NCBI GenBank assembly: GCA_964016885.1
Contig: OZ024747.1
Location: 60,326,001-60,390,000 of the forward strand
From: Eledone cirrhosa
Lineage: Eukaryota
DNA: 64,000 nt
Direction of reading: 5' to 3'
The notes below the pieces were generated by a model that worked only from the letters and a program-made list of their open reading frames with translations, had not been told where the DNA came from and ran no database searches. Within the stretch, counting starts at the first letter, position 1. Every line of letters begins with the position of its first letter. The position numbers were made by a program, and so were the translations under genes. Positions 11,164-22,804 of this stretch are shown one piece after another.

Positions 11164-11816
11164 AAACATGTTGATCAGATATATACAAAAGAAACGATAA
11201 AGATACAGTATAGTGTAATGTGAATTTTAAAACATGTATCTATAGCAGTTTTCTTACAGTTAGGTATCATTAATAGGAAGTGTTGCTCTTAATATAATTA
11301 ATGAGTAGGAAATTATATGACAGTAGTAGTGGCGATGGTGGTATGGTTGCTTAGTCATTTCAATAAATATATATGGGTGGTTTATTGCTTCTTAGACAAG
11401 GAGATTGGATAGAATTAAAGCTGTAGAATATTCCAGAACAAAAGGGAATAATAATGATAAAGCAGTCATAATGTTCACGGTAATAATGTCAGTTTGTTGG
11501 CCAAGTAATTAAAATTATGTCTTCTCCATTGACTTTTATGTTTCTGTGTTGGATAGAAGTAATTTTCATTATATCTAATGCCATTCATGGTATAAGTAGA
11601 ACTACTGCTGCAGTATATTCAGATGAAATAACATCTTTTGTAGTATGTAAGAGTCTGTAACTCCTAATGGAGCTGTATGGATGCTGTAGTGACATACAGC
11701 ATGTCTTGGCCATTGTTAAACCTGGCAAAGCCCATCTCTCCTCATGTCTAAACTCAACCAATTTCTTCCAGGGAAGGCAAGAGAGAGATGGAGTGAAAAA
11801 GAGATATAGAGGAAGA

Positions 11817-12165
11817 ATTGACCCCAGTACTGAACTGGTGGTTGTTTATCAACCTCAAAAGGACTAAAAGCAAAGTTGACCTCGGCAGGTTTTGAATTTC
11901 AAGTTGAGAGAGCCAGAACATACACTACAAAGCATTTATCTGACATTTCACTAACAGCAATTGGAGACTGATAAAAATGACTGTTTCTCACTTCTACCAT
12001 TTCTTGTTAAAGCAGCAAATTAGCAGAATTGTTAGAACACACAATAAAATACTCTACAGTATTCATTTCAGCTATCTGCATGCTGAGTTCAAATTTAGCC
12101 TGTCAACTTTGCCTTTCATCCTTCCAATTTCAATAAAGCACCAGTCCAGTACTTGGGTTGATTCT
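11817..12165. mobile_element. Two diverged SINE A copies, head to head
   Basis: AAAGCAAAGTTGACCTCGGCAGG (minus) and CTGAGTTCAAAT...CAACTTTGCCTTTCATCC (plus). Confidence 0.6.
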
Positions 12166-12211
12166 TTCTCCAACACTCTTTCATGCTTCTCTCTTACTCT
12201 CTCCCACTGTG

Positions 12212-12292
<81 letters not shown>

Positions 12293-12495
12293 TTTGAAGG
12301 CGACTGGCTGAGGTGAAGGCAGCTAGTTGGTCAGCGTCCTCTCTGTCTCTGATTTTTCGGACCCATGGTTTTTATATATTCCTTTGTTATATTTTGAATA
12401 CCTGATGATATCACTGGATTCATATGGAACCCGGTCATTGAAATGATCATAGTATAATAAACCTTTCAAGGATTTCCACCAGTCCAGCCTCCTGT

Positions 12496-12508
<13 letters not shown>
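12293..12508 (+). mobile_element. Short Penelope-like insertion in (TA)n carrying a hammerhead
   Basis: ~215 bp of unique sequence between two (TA)n tracts, containing the motif at 12398-12455 and AATAAA. Confidence 0.6.
12398..12455 (+). ncRNA. Minimal type-I hammerhead ribozyme candidate
   Basis: ATAC-CTGATGA-TATCACTGGATTC(ATATG)GAACCCGGTCATT-GAAA-TGATCA-TA^GTAT, then AATAAA. Confidence 0.8.
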
Positions 12509-12537
<29 letters not shown>

Positions 12538-12912
12538 TGAGATCGTGTAGGTGTCACGACAAAAAAACACACAGTCCACGCTGTAATGTGGCCGTGTAGG
12601 CAACACGGTAAAAACCTCCCAGACCCACACTGTAAATGTGGTTGGTGTTAGGAAGGGCATCCAGCTGTAGAAAACCCGCCAGACAGTCCACGCTGTAATG
12701 TGGCCGTGTAGGCAACACGGTAAAAACCTCCCAGACCCACACTGTAAATGTGGTTGGTGTTAGGAAGGGCATCCAACTGTAGAAAACCCGCCAGACAGTC
12801 CTATGCGAGCAAGACAATCACTCTTGCCTCAAGTGGGACTACCCCCGTCCAAGCCCATGCAAGCGTGGAACACGGACGTTAAACGTTGATGATGATGATG
12901 ATGATGATGATG
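12538..12912 (+). mobile_element. RTE 3' UTR with an internal ~113-bp tandem duplication
   Basis: ACAGTCCACGCTGTAATGTGG...AAAACCCGCCAG occurs twice, followed by a (GAT)n tail. Confidence 0.85.
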
Positions 12913-13130
12913 AAGGTGTTGATTGGTTAGAGTGGTTAGAGAATTGGATTCGCAATTGTGAGGTTGTGAGTTAGATTCCCGGACTGTGATATGTTCTTGA
13001 GCAAGACACTTTATTTCACGTTGCTCCTTCTACCTGGAGTTGCAAGCAATAGAAAGTATTAGCAATTGGAAAGACCAATGGAAACGTCGTTTCCTCGGTC
13101 CGATTTCATGAACGTCGATAAACTGTCGAT
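12913..13130 (+). mobile_element. SINE family B
   Basis: Reverse-complement match to 380-598. Confidence 0.8.
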
Positions 13131-13318
13131 ATATATATGTATATATATCATTTTGAAGATGAGATTGTGGTTTTGCTTTATTAACAAGTCTGATAAGTAG
13201 ATTGGGTTGGAGTTAGGTCTATAGCATTTACATAGAACCTGAGCCACCCATCTGTGAATTGGTTGTAACTGTGTATAATAAAAAAAAGACCTTAATGTGA
13301 GACTTTGTTTTGTTTATT

Positions 13319-13353
<35 letters not shown>

Positions 13354-13538
13354 ATGCGTGTTTCTCGGGAAGAAATTAGCCTGGTTCTGACCTGGAGAGG
13401 GGGTGGCCCTGCTAGGTTAAAATGCCCAAGACACACTATAACACCTCATTTACTTCAGCAATATTTAAATACCCAAATCTATGACTATAGCATTCTTATA
13501 ATCAATAGTACAGCAGCACTAAACAATATTTGTGTGTG

Positions 13539-13573
<35 letters not shown>

Positions 13574-13675
13574 ATACCACCACCAAACTATCAATCTCTT
13601 CCTTACTTTCTTTCCTACTTTCCTAACTTTCACACATACTTTCATGTACCTATTTGTTCTCCACTTCTCCAAACT

Positions 13676-13709
13676 TTCCCGATGAAAGACTTCCGTCCAA
13701 AACGTAGAA
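13676..13709 (+). ncRNA. Degenerate hammerhead motif inside a (TA)n-flanked insertion (~13576-13770)
   Basis: TTC-CCGATGA-AAGAC(TTCC)GTCC-AAAA-CG-TA^GAA. Two core substitutions (CUGA>CCGA, GAAA>AAAA). Confidence 0.5.
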
Positions 13710-13876
13710 CTCTCCTCCATGAACCTAATATGACTTTGAATTTTTGCATCCCCATGCTTGTTTTGATTCATTTATATGTATATATATATATATATGTGTA
13801 TATATATGTATATATATATATGTATATATATGTATATATATGTATATATATGTATATATATATATATGTGTATATA

Positions 13877-14047
13877 GAGGTAGACCACGAAAAACATGGG
13901 CGGAGGTGGTGAGAGCAGACCTCAGATTGCTGAAACTCACGGAGGAGATGACAAAGGACCGTGAAAGTAGAGAGATGCTGTGCTGAAATAGGACCCGTCC
14001 AACCCTTCCAAGCAGGGAAAAGCGGACGTTAAATGATGATGATGATG

Positions 14048-14048
<1 letters not shown>
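13877..14048 (+). mobile_element. RTE 3' end fragment
   Basis: [21 protein letters not shown], then GGACGTTAAATGATGAT. Same family as 882-2148. Confidence 0.85.
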
Positions 14049-14076
<28 letters not shown>

Positions 14077-14079
<3 letters not shown>

Positions 14080-14303
14080 AAGGGGTCTGACAAGCCGTGG
14101 ATTACAGAGTTGGGCTAGATCGAACCTTGAGCTGATCAGTGGTGAAACACACGTCACCAACCAATAAACGTAATAAGGGAGTAACCAATCGTTCTTGTTT
14201 TATTTTATTATAATACACTCTGTCTAGCTCTACACCTCAACACAGACGTGAACCTAAACATCGAGTGCTCACCCGGGTGAACCTACAGTAACTCCAAGTT
14301 ACA
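14077..14303 (-). mobile_element. Probable solo LTR (227 bp)
   Basis: TGTAA...TTACA inverted termini. On the minus strand it is preceded by purine-rich AGGGAG and contains AATAAA. Confidence 0.55.
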
Positions 14304-14336
14304 CTCCCTGGATATATATGTTTATATATAATAATA

Positions 14337-15240
14337 ATTGTTTCTACTTTAGGCACAAGGCCAGCAATTACCCAGTGCATTACTGGTACTTTATTTTATC
14401 GACCCCATAAGGATGAAAGGCAAAGTCAACCTCGGCGGGATTTGAACTCAGATCGTAAAGGGACGTAACTATGCTGGAAAGCATAATAATAATTGTTTCT
14501 ACGTTAGGCACAAGGCCAGCAATTACCCAGTGTATTACTGGTACTTTATTTTATCGACCCCGTAAGGATGAAAGGCAAAGTCAACCTCGGCGAGATTTGC
14601 ATAATAATATTGATACTAGTTTAGAGTCATCGGTCACCAATGACTCTAAACGATAATTTGGAAGAAACAATTGTCAGCAACCAAATGATTTGAACACAAC
14701 TTTGACAATTGTGCCCTTCATATTCCTGCTCTGTAAAACACCTGATGTTCTTACATTGAGCTATTTCTCTTACTGGTAATAAGGTAGTAATATATTACTG
14801 ACCTTTCCTGTTCATAGTTGTTTATAGTATCTATAAATAGTATCATTATTATTATGGTAGATTGGATTGGCAGTATCGGTAGAGGGTCGGACACCATGCT
14901 TTCCAGCATAGTTACGTCCCTTTACGATCTGAGTTCAAATCCCGCCGAGGTTGACTTTGCCTTTCATCCTTACGGGGTCGATAAAATAAAGTACCAGTAA
15001 TGCACTGGGTAATTGCTGGCCTTGTGCCTAAAGTAGAAACAATTATTATTATGGTAGATTGGCAGAATCGGTAGAGTGTCAGACGCAATGCTTTGCAGCA
15101 AAGAGTTACGGCCCTTTATGGCCTGAGTTCAAATCCCGCCGAGGTTAACTTTGCCTTTCATCCTTACAGGGTCGATAAAATAAAGTACCAGTAATGCACT
15201 GGGTTTTTGCTGGCCTTGTGCCAAAAGTAGAAGCAATTAT
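14337..15240. mobile_element. Four SINE A copies: two minus (14337-14480, 14492-14600) and two plus (14862-15048, 15052-15240)
   Basis: Conserved core and AACAATTATT tails. Confidence 0.85.
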
Positions 15241-15244
15241 TATT

Positions 15245-16520
15245 ATATTATTGTCTTTGCTATTGTTGTTGTTATTGTTGTTGCTGCTGTTATTGTTATT
15301 GTTGCTGTTGTTATTGTTGTTGCTATTATTGTTGTTGTTATTGTTGTTGTTGTTGTTGCTGTTGTTGTAGTTACTGTTATTGCTGTTGTTGCTGTTGTTG
15401 TTGTTATTGTTGCTGTTGCTGTTATTGTTGTTGTTGTTGTTACTGTTAGTGTTGTTGCTGTTGTTGTTGCTGCTGCTGCTGTTGTTGTTATTGTTGTTAG
15501 TGTTATTGTTGTTAGTGTTATTGTTTGCTGCTGTTATTGTTGTTACTGTTATTGCTGCTGCTGTTATTGTTGTTGTTATTGTTGTTACTGTTATTATTGT
15601 TACTGTTATTGTTACTGTTATTGTTGCTGTTATTGTTGTTACTGTTATTGTTGTTGTTATTATTGTTACTGTTATTGTTACTGTTATTGTTGCTGTTATT
15701 GTTGTTAGTGTTATTATTGTTACTGTTATTGTTACTGTTATTGTTGCTGTTATTGTTGTTACTGTTATTGTTGTTGTTATTATTGTTACTGTTATTGTTA
15801 CTGTTATTGCTGCTGCTGTTATTGTTGTTGTTATTGTTGTTACTGTTATTATTGTTACTGTTATTGTTACTGTTATTGTTGCTGTTATTGTTGTTAGTGT
15901 TATTATTGTTACTGTTATTGTTACTGTTATTGTTGCTGTTATTGTTGTTACTGTTATTGTTGTTGTTATTATTGTTACTGTTATTGTTACTGTTATTGCT
16001 GCTGCTGTTATTGTTGTTGTTATTGTTGTTACTGTTATTATTGTTACTGTTATTGTTACTGTTATTGTTGCTGTTATTGTTGTTACTGTTATTGTTGTTG
16101 TTATTATTGTTACTGTTATTGTTGTTACTGTTATTGTTACTGTTATTGTTGCTGTTATTGTTGTTACTGTTATTGTTGTTGTTATTATTGTTACTGTTAT
16201 TGTTACTGTTATTGTTGCTGTTATTGTTGTTAGTGTTATTGTTTGCTGCTGTTATTGTTACTGTTATTGTTGTTACTGTTATTGCTGCTGCTGTTATTTT
16301 TGGTTTTGTTTGTTGTTGTTGTTGCTATTGGTAATGGTAATGTAGTAGTTGTTGTTGTAGTAGTAGAGAGTGGATTAGCCCACATGTTACATACAATAAC
16401 TGTCATCATTTCCTTACCAATGCAATATCTATCGATGTTGATATCAATGTTGTTGTCATCAATGTTGTTGTTATCAATGTTGTTGTTATCAATGTTGTTG
16501 TTACTGTTGTTAATAAGATC
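15245..16520. repeat. Cryptic trinucleotide satellite (GTT/ATT/ACT/GCT)n
   Basis: Directly visible. Source of the poly-Leu/Val ORFs. Confidence 0.9.
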
Positions 16521-16639
16521 AGGTTCCTATATGTTGAAACTTTCTTGTTAATCTCTCTACCTATCACATTGACAGAGCAACATGCAACAACAACAACAAG
16601 TCATAACAAAAATAACAACAAGCAAACAAACAAAAAAAT

Positions 16640-16674
<35 letters not shown>

Positions 16675-16779
16675 AATAATATATTGAAAGATCAAATATA
16701 TTTATTGAAACCTAAATCCAGTGATTGATTGATTGGAAGTGACTTTGATGCCACCAGATCTCAAGTTAGACCAACATTG

Positions 16780-17355
16780 AAGTTGGTTGTGGTGGTGATG
16801 TTGTTGTTGTTGTTGTTGGTGCTGGTGGTGGTGTTGTTGTTGGTGGTGGTGTTAGTGATGACAGTGGTGTTGATGGGGATGTTGTTGTTGTTGGTGCTGG
16901 TGGTGGTGTTGGTGATGAGTGGTGTTGATGGTGATGTTGTTGTTGGTGATGACAGTGGTGTTGGTGTTGTTGTTGTTGGTGGTGGTGTTGGTGATGACAG
17001 TGGTGTTGATGGTGTTGTTGTTGTTGTTGTTGATGGTGGTGATGTTGTTGTTGTTGGCAATGGTGGTGATGTTGCTGTGATGACAGTGGTGATAATGTTG
17101 TTGTTATTGGTGGTGGTGGTGGTGGTGGTGATAACAGTGGTGATGGTGGTGATAACATTGGTGTTGGTGTTGGTAATGGTGATGACAGTGGTGTTGATGG
17201 TGTTGGTGTTATTGGAGGGGGTGATGTTGGTGATGATGGTGGTGGTGATGGTATTCAAGATGATGGTGTTGTTGGTGATGACAGTGGTGTTGTTGGTTAG
17301 GGAGATGATGGTGGTGGTGGTGGTGGTGTTATTGATAGTGTTATTGGTGGTGTTT
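16780..17355. repeat. (GGT/GTT/GAT)n low-complexity tract
   Basis: Directly visible. Confidence 0.9.
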
Positions 17356-17526
17356 TATGGATTCATGTGTTTCTCCCATTGTCATGTTGGAGGTAATATG
17401 ATATAACCACAATGATGGCAGGATATAGCTCTTAATTAATACATAATTGGTTAGCAACAACATCACAATGAAATAGGAAGCCTGTATGTTGTAGTACTGC
17501 TAGAAATACCAGCCAAATCAAATAGT

Positions 17527-17810
17527 GAAGGCATGTAGCTTTGTGGTTAGGGTATTTGGCTCTCAATCGTAAGGTTATGAGTTCAATTCCCAGCAGCACG
17601 TTGTGTCCTTGAGCAAGACACTTTATTTCTCAGCTGGAAAAAATGAGTTGTATCTGTAATTCGAATGGCCAGCGTTGTCACATTTTGTGTCACACTGATT
17701 CTCCCTGTTTATCTACATTAAGGGTACACATGTCTGTGGAATGCTCAGCCACTTGCACGATAATTTCACGAGTAGGCTGTTCCATTGATCGAATCAACGG
17801 AGTGTCAGTT
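17527..17810 (+). mobile_element. SINE family B
   Basis: GTAGCTTTGTGGTTAG, GAGTTCAATTCC, GTGTCCTTGAGCAAGACACTTTATTTC. Confidence 0.8.
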
Positions 17811-18101
17811 TACCAGCCAAATCTCCCTCAAATTACATAGCGTCATCTTAGAAAAGAACAACTCCCTAGATAAAGGGGTAATTCAGAATGCACTGTGCCT
17901 GGGAAATCAGGTGACATGGCCATGGATGGAACACCTTTGATGGATAGCTTTTCTTTCTATAGCTTGACTTGGATTTAAATAATGTCAACATGAGCAACAA
18001 CAGCATCATCAACAATATCACAAGAGTTTACGTTTGAAAAGAATGACATAGTAAATAAAGTGATAGTACACAATGTTTACGAAAACAACTCCAGATGAGA
18101 T

Positions 18102-18383
18102 CGGACCCAGATTTAATGGGGGGCAAAGGAGGCAATTGCCCTGGGTTCCCTACAGTGGAGGCCCCACCAGTGACAGCTGTAAACATTTATTTGTGCCCTC
18201 AGCTGGGCTTTTTAGAATTTTTGAATTTAATACCTGTATGTATAAATTTTCAATTCCTATTACTTGCACCAAGCTAACTTTGATATGTAAAATTGGGGGC
18301 TTTGCTGTGTATTCTAACTTGTGTATGAGGGGCCTCCTAAACCTGAAGTACCTCAGGCCTCCCAAGGTCTAAATCCAACTCTG
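18102..18383 (+). mobile_element. hAT-type MITE, family X
   Basis: GGGGCAAAGGAGGCAATTGCCCTGGG...TCTAAATCCAACTCTG. Homologous to 25533-25796 and 52114-52398. Confidence 0.7.
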
Positions 18384-18651
18384 GAACAACTTTGATAGAT
18401 AACTTTCCTCTCCATGGCTTGGCCTGAAGTTAAATAACATCAACACTTTTACACAAATACACTGATTCTCATTTTCTCTCTCACTTTCTCTCTTTGACTC
18501 TCTCTCTCTCTCACACACACCTTGACTCACCACACTCACATTCTCTCTCTCTTTCCCTCTTTCACACAACTTAACCCACTCTATTTTCACCCTCTGCCCT
18601 CTCTCTCTCCCTTCCCCACTCTCTCTATTTCCTTCCCTTTCACTCTTTTTG

Positions 18652-18682
<31 letters not shown>

Positions 18683-18931
18683 TACATACACACCGCCATC
18701 ATCATCATCACCCCACTCCATTTTCACCCTCTGCCCTCTCTCTCTCTCCCTTCCCCACTCTCTCTATTTCTATCCCTTTCACTCTTTTTGTCTCTCTCTC
18801 TCTCTCACACACACACACCGCCATCATCATCATCATCACCATCAAGGGTCACCAAAAAACTGTAAAGTGCAGTATTTGTAAATGAGTGTGAAAGTCATTA
18901 ATTGTGCTGTTCATAGTGAGTGTAAGGTATA

Positions 18932-19009
18932 AAGTGAGGGTGGAGTAAGTGAGGGTGGAGTAAGTGAGGGTGGAGTAAGTGAGGGTGGAGTAAGTGAGGG
19001 TGGAGTAAG
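18932..19009. repeat. 15-bp tandem repeat x5 (AAGTGAGGGTGGAGT)
   Basis: Directly visible. Confidence 0.9.
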
Positions 19010-19424
19010 AGATATTTCTGTATAAATATTGTTGCGGTAATATTAAATTTATGATTCAGCCTAGGTTTAGAAAGAACTTTCTTAATGGCTAATATTAATA
19101 ATAATATCAAACATACCTATTTTTCACCAACATAAACAACAATAGAAAATTATTTAAAAGTCTTTAATTAATCTAATACTGCATTAATTATAATGTATTA
19201 TTTTTACCATTATTTAATATTTAATTTTTAGCTCTCAAAGAACAAGAATAAATAAAAAAGAAACAGGTCAAGACAGAGAAAAAGAGTTCATTTGAAGTGA
19301 TTTCTTTACCAGGTTGATTGTCTTCAGAACAGCTTACATTAAATTCCATACAAGATTATGATATCAGAGGTTAGCATTTGATTTCAAGATGAAGAATTCA
19401 TAATATCATGTATGAAATAATTAG

Positions 19425-20150
19425 TGTGTGTGTAGGTATGTGTAGGTGTGTGTAGGTGCTTCTGTGTGCGTGTGTGTGAAAATGTGTAGGTACGTGTGTA
19501 GGTGTGTGTAGGTGCTTCTGTGTGCGTGTGTGTGAAAATGTGTATGTGTGTAGGTACCTGTGTAGGTGTGTGTAGGTGCTTCTGTGTGCGTGTGTGTGAA
19601 AATGTGTATGTGTGTAGGTACCTGTGTAGGTGTGTGTAGGTGCTTCTGTGTGTGTGTGTGTGAAAATGTGTATGTGTGTAGGTACCTGTGTAGGTGTGTG
19701 TAAGTGCTTCTGTGTGCGTGTGTGTGAAAATGTGTATGTGTGTAGGTACCTGTGTAGGTGTGTGTAGGTGCTTCTGTGTGCGTGTGTGTGAAAATGTGTA
19801 TGTGTGTAGGTGTGTGTAGGTGCTTCTGTGTGTGTGTGTGTGAAAATGTGTATGTGTGTAGGTACCTGTGTAGGTGTGTGTAAGTGCTTCTGTGTGCGTG
19901 TGTGTGAAAATGTGTATGTGTGTAGGTCCTTTTGTGTGCATGTGTGTGAAAATGTGTATGTGTGTAGGTACCTGTGTAGGTGTGTGTAGGTGCTTTGTGT
20001 GCGTGTGTAGGTACCTGTGTAGGTGTGTGTATGTGTGTGTAGGTGCTTCTGTGTGCGTGTGTGTGAAAATGTGTATGTGTGTAGGTACCTGTGTAGGTGT
20101 GTGTGTGTGCCTGTGTGTGTAGGTGCCTGTATATGTGTCTGTGTGTGTGG
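19425..20150. repeat. 64-bp TG-rich minisatellite
   Basis: Unit GTAGGTACCTGTGTAGGTGTGTGTAGGTGCTTCTGTGTGCGTGTGTGTGAAAATGTGTATGTGT. Confidence 0.9.
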
Positions 20151-20221
20151 GGGGGGGGTGAACTAATTAGTGTGTGTGTGTGCATGTGTATGAGAATGTG
20201 TGTGTGTGTGGATTTGAAATA

Positions 20222-20261
<40 letters not shown>

Positions 20262-20649
20262 CTGTGTGTGAGAATGTATGTGTGTGGTGGGTTTGAAAAA
20301 ATTACACTGTGTGTGTGTGTGTGTATGTGTGTCATTATGTGAGTGTGTATGATGTGTGAGTGTATGTGTAAGAATGTGAAAGTAAATATGAATGTGTGAG
20401 TACATGCATGAGTGTGTGTGTGAATGTGTATGTATGATGTGTAAGTGTGAGAGTATATGAGAGTAAGTATGAGAATGTAAGAGTATATATGAATATGGGA
20501 GAGCTTGCATGAGTGTGTGTGTGTGTGAGAATGAGTGTATATATGAATGTGAGTGTATGAATGTGTGTGTGTGTGTGTGAGAGACTGTGAGAGTATATAT
20601 ATATATATGAATGTGTGAATGCATGAGTGTGTGTGAATGTGTGAGAGTG

Positions 20650-21610
20650 GGAGAGAGAGATTCTTCAGAAGAGAGAGAGAGAGAGACAAATTTCATAAGA
20701 AAGAGAGAGAGATTTCATAAGAAAGAGAGAGAGAGAGATTCTTCATAAGAAAGAGAGAGAGAGAGACAAATTTCATAAGAAAGAGAGAGAGAGAGAGAGA
20801 TTCTTCATAAGAAAGAGAGAGAGAGAGACAGACTTCATAAGAAAGAGAGAGAGAGAGATTTCATAAGAAAGAGAGAGAGAGAGATTCTTCATAAGAAAGA
20901 GAGAGAGAGAGACAGATTTCATAAGAAAGAGAGAGAGAGAGATTTCATAAGAAAGAGAGAGAGAGAGAGGTTCTTCATAAGAAAGAGAGAGAGAGAGACA
21001 AATTTCATAAGAAAGAGAGAGAGAGAGAGATTCTTCATAAGAAAGAGAGAGAGAGAGACAGACTTCATAAGAAAGAGAGAGAGAGAGATTTCATAAGAAA
21101 GAGAGAGAGAGAGATTCTTCATAAGAAAGAGAGAGAGAGAGACAGATTTCATTAGAAAGAGAGAGAGAGATTTCATAAGAAAGAGAGAGAGAGAGGTTCT
21201 TCATAAGAAAGAGAGAGAGAGAGACAAATTTCATAAGAAAGAGAGAGAGAGAGAGATTCTTCATAAGAAAGAGAGAGAGAGAGACAGACTTCATAAGAAA
21301 GAGAGAGAGAGAGAGATTTCATAAGAAAGAGAGAGAGAGAGATTCTTCATAAGAAAGAGAGAGAGAGAGACAGATTTCATAAGAAAGAGAGAGAGAGAGA
21401 GATTTCATAAGAAAGAGAGAGAGAGAGGTTCTTCATAAGAAAGAGAGAGAGAGAGAAACAGATTTCATAAGAAAGAGAGAGAGAGAGAGATTTCATAAGA
21501 AAGAGAGAGAGACAGTGTGAGAGATTCTTTATAAGAGAGAGAGAGAGAGACAGACAGAGTTCATAAGAAAGAGAGAGAGAGAGAGAGAGAGGTTCTTCAT
21601 AAGAAAGAGA
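20650..21610. repeat. TTCATAAGAAA(GA)n minisatellite with higher-order variant pattern
   Basis: About 30 units. Junction variants (CAAAT, TTC, CAGAC, T, CAGAT, GGTTC) recur in order. Confidence 0.9.
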
Positions 21611-22056
21611 GCCTGGTTATATATATTTCATGGTTGCTTGCTGTTGTGATGGCACTTTGGGTTTATATATTGCAGCAGGGTTAAAGAGCAGCCGATTAGT
21701 TGCGAAATCTTAACGAAGATAAAAAGGAGGGGAGGGGGTGAAATACTTGTCAGAAATTAATCAATATTTATGGTGAAGATTATTATGGTAATTAAAAGAC
21801 AAATACAAGTGAAGAGAGTGTGTTGTGGTAATGGGTTTAGATATGGCATAAATGACACAGGATGACAATCAACTGTAACGAGGAGATTTCATTAATTACC
21901 TACCTATCTGCGAAAAATAGCTTTGCAGATTCACAGGAACAATATCACCGTCATCATAGAAGATGAAGAGTTTGTAATTATCAGAAAGTGAAAACTGGAG
22001 ATTAGGTGACAAGGAAATAATAATAATAATAACAACAACAACAACAACAACAACAA

Positions 22057-22802
22057 CTGTTTCTACTTTTGGCACAAGGCCAGCAAATATCCACTGCATT
22101 ACTGGTACTTTATTTTATCGACCTCGTAAGGATGAAAGGCAAAGTTAACCTTGACAGGATTTGAACTCAGACCATAAAGGGCCGTAACTCTGTGCTGCAA
22201 ACCATGGCGTCCGACCCTCCACCGATACTGCCAATCCAAATAATAATAATAATTATTATTATTATTTCTACTATGAGGATTGGCAGTATCAGGAGAGGGT
22301 CGGCCGTCATGCTTTCCAGCACAGAGTCACGACCCTTTACGATCTGAGTTGAAATCCTGCTGAGATTAACTTTACCTTTCATCCTTACGGGGTCGATAAA
22401 ATAAAGTACCAGTAATTGCTGGCCTTGTGCCAAAAGTAGAAACAATTATTATTTCTACTGTACGCACAAGGCCAGCAATTTGGGGGAGGGGGGGAAAAGT
22501 CAATCAAATCGACCCCAGTACATTACTGGTACTTTATTTTATCAACCCTGTATGGATGAAAGGCAAAGTTGACCGCGGCGAGATTTGAACTCAGACCATA
22601 AATAATAATAATAATTGTTTCTACTTTTGGCACAAGGCCAGCAATTACCCAGTGCATTACTGGTACTTTATTTTATTGACCCTGTAAGGATGAAAGGCAA
22701 AGTTAACCTCTACGGGATTTGAACTCAGATCGTAAAGGGACGTAACTCTTTGCGTCAAGCATGGCATCCGACCCTCTACCGATACTGCCAATCCACCGCC
22801 CT
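22057..22802. mobile_element. Cluster of four SINE A copies (-, +, -, -)
   Basis: 22057-22240, 22277-22448, 22451-22600 and 22615-22802, separated by (TAA)n/(ATT)n. Confidence 0.85.
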
Positions 22803-22804
22803 AC

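Noticed and set aside
11397-11660. Short hydrophobic frames (KAVIMFTVIMSVCWP) resembling a GPCR helix
   Set aside because: Stops within 40-50 codons and no other receptor motifs. Compatible with chance in AT-rich DNA.
13650-13725. Minus-strand LSSGKFGEV resembling a kinase Gly loop
   Set aside because: A stop follows three codons later. The sequence is better explained as the antisense of a decayed hammerhead element.
15380-17406. Long poly-Leu/Val/Thr ORFs
   Set aside because: Translations of stop-free trinucleotide repeats.
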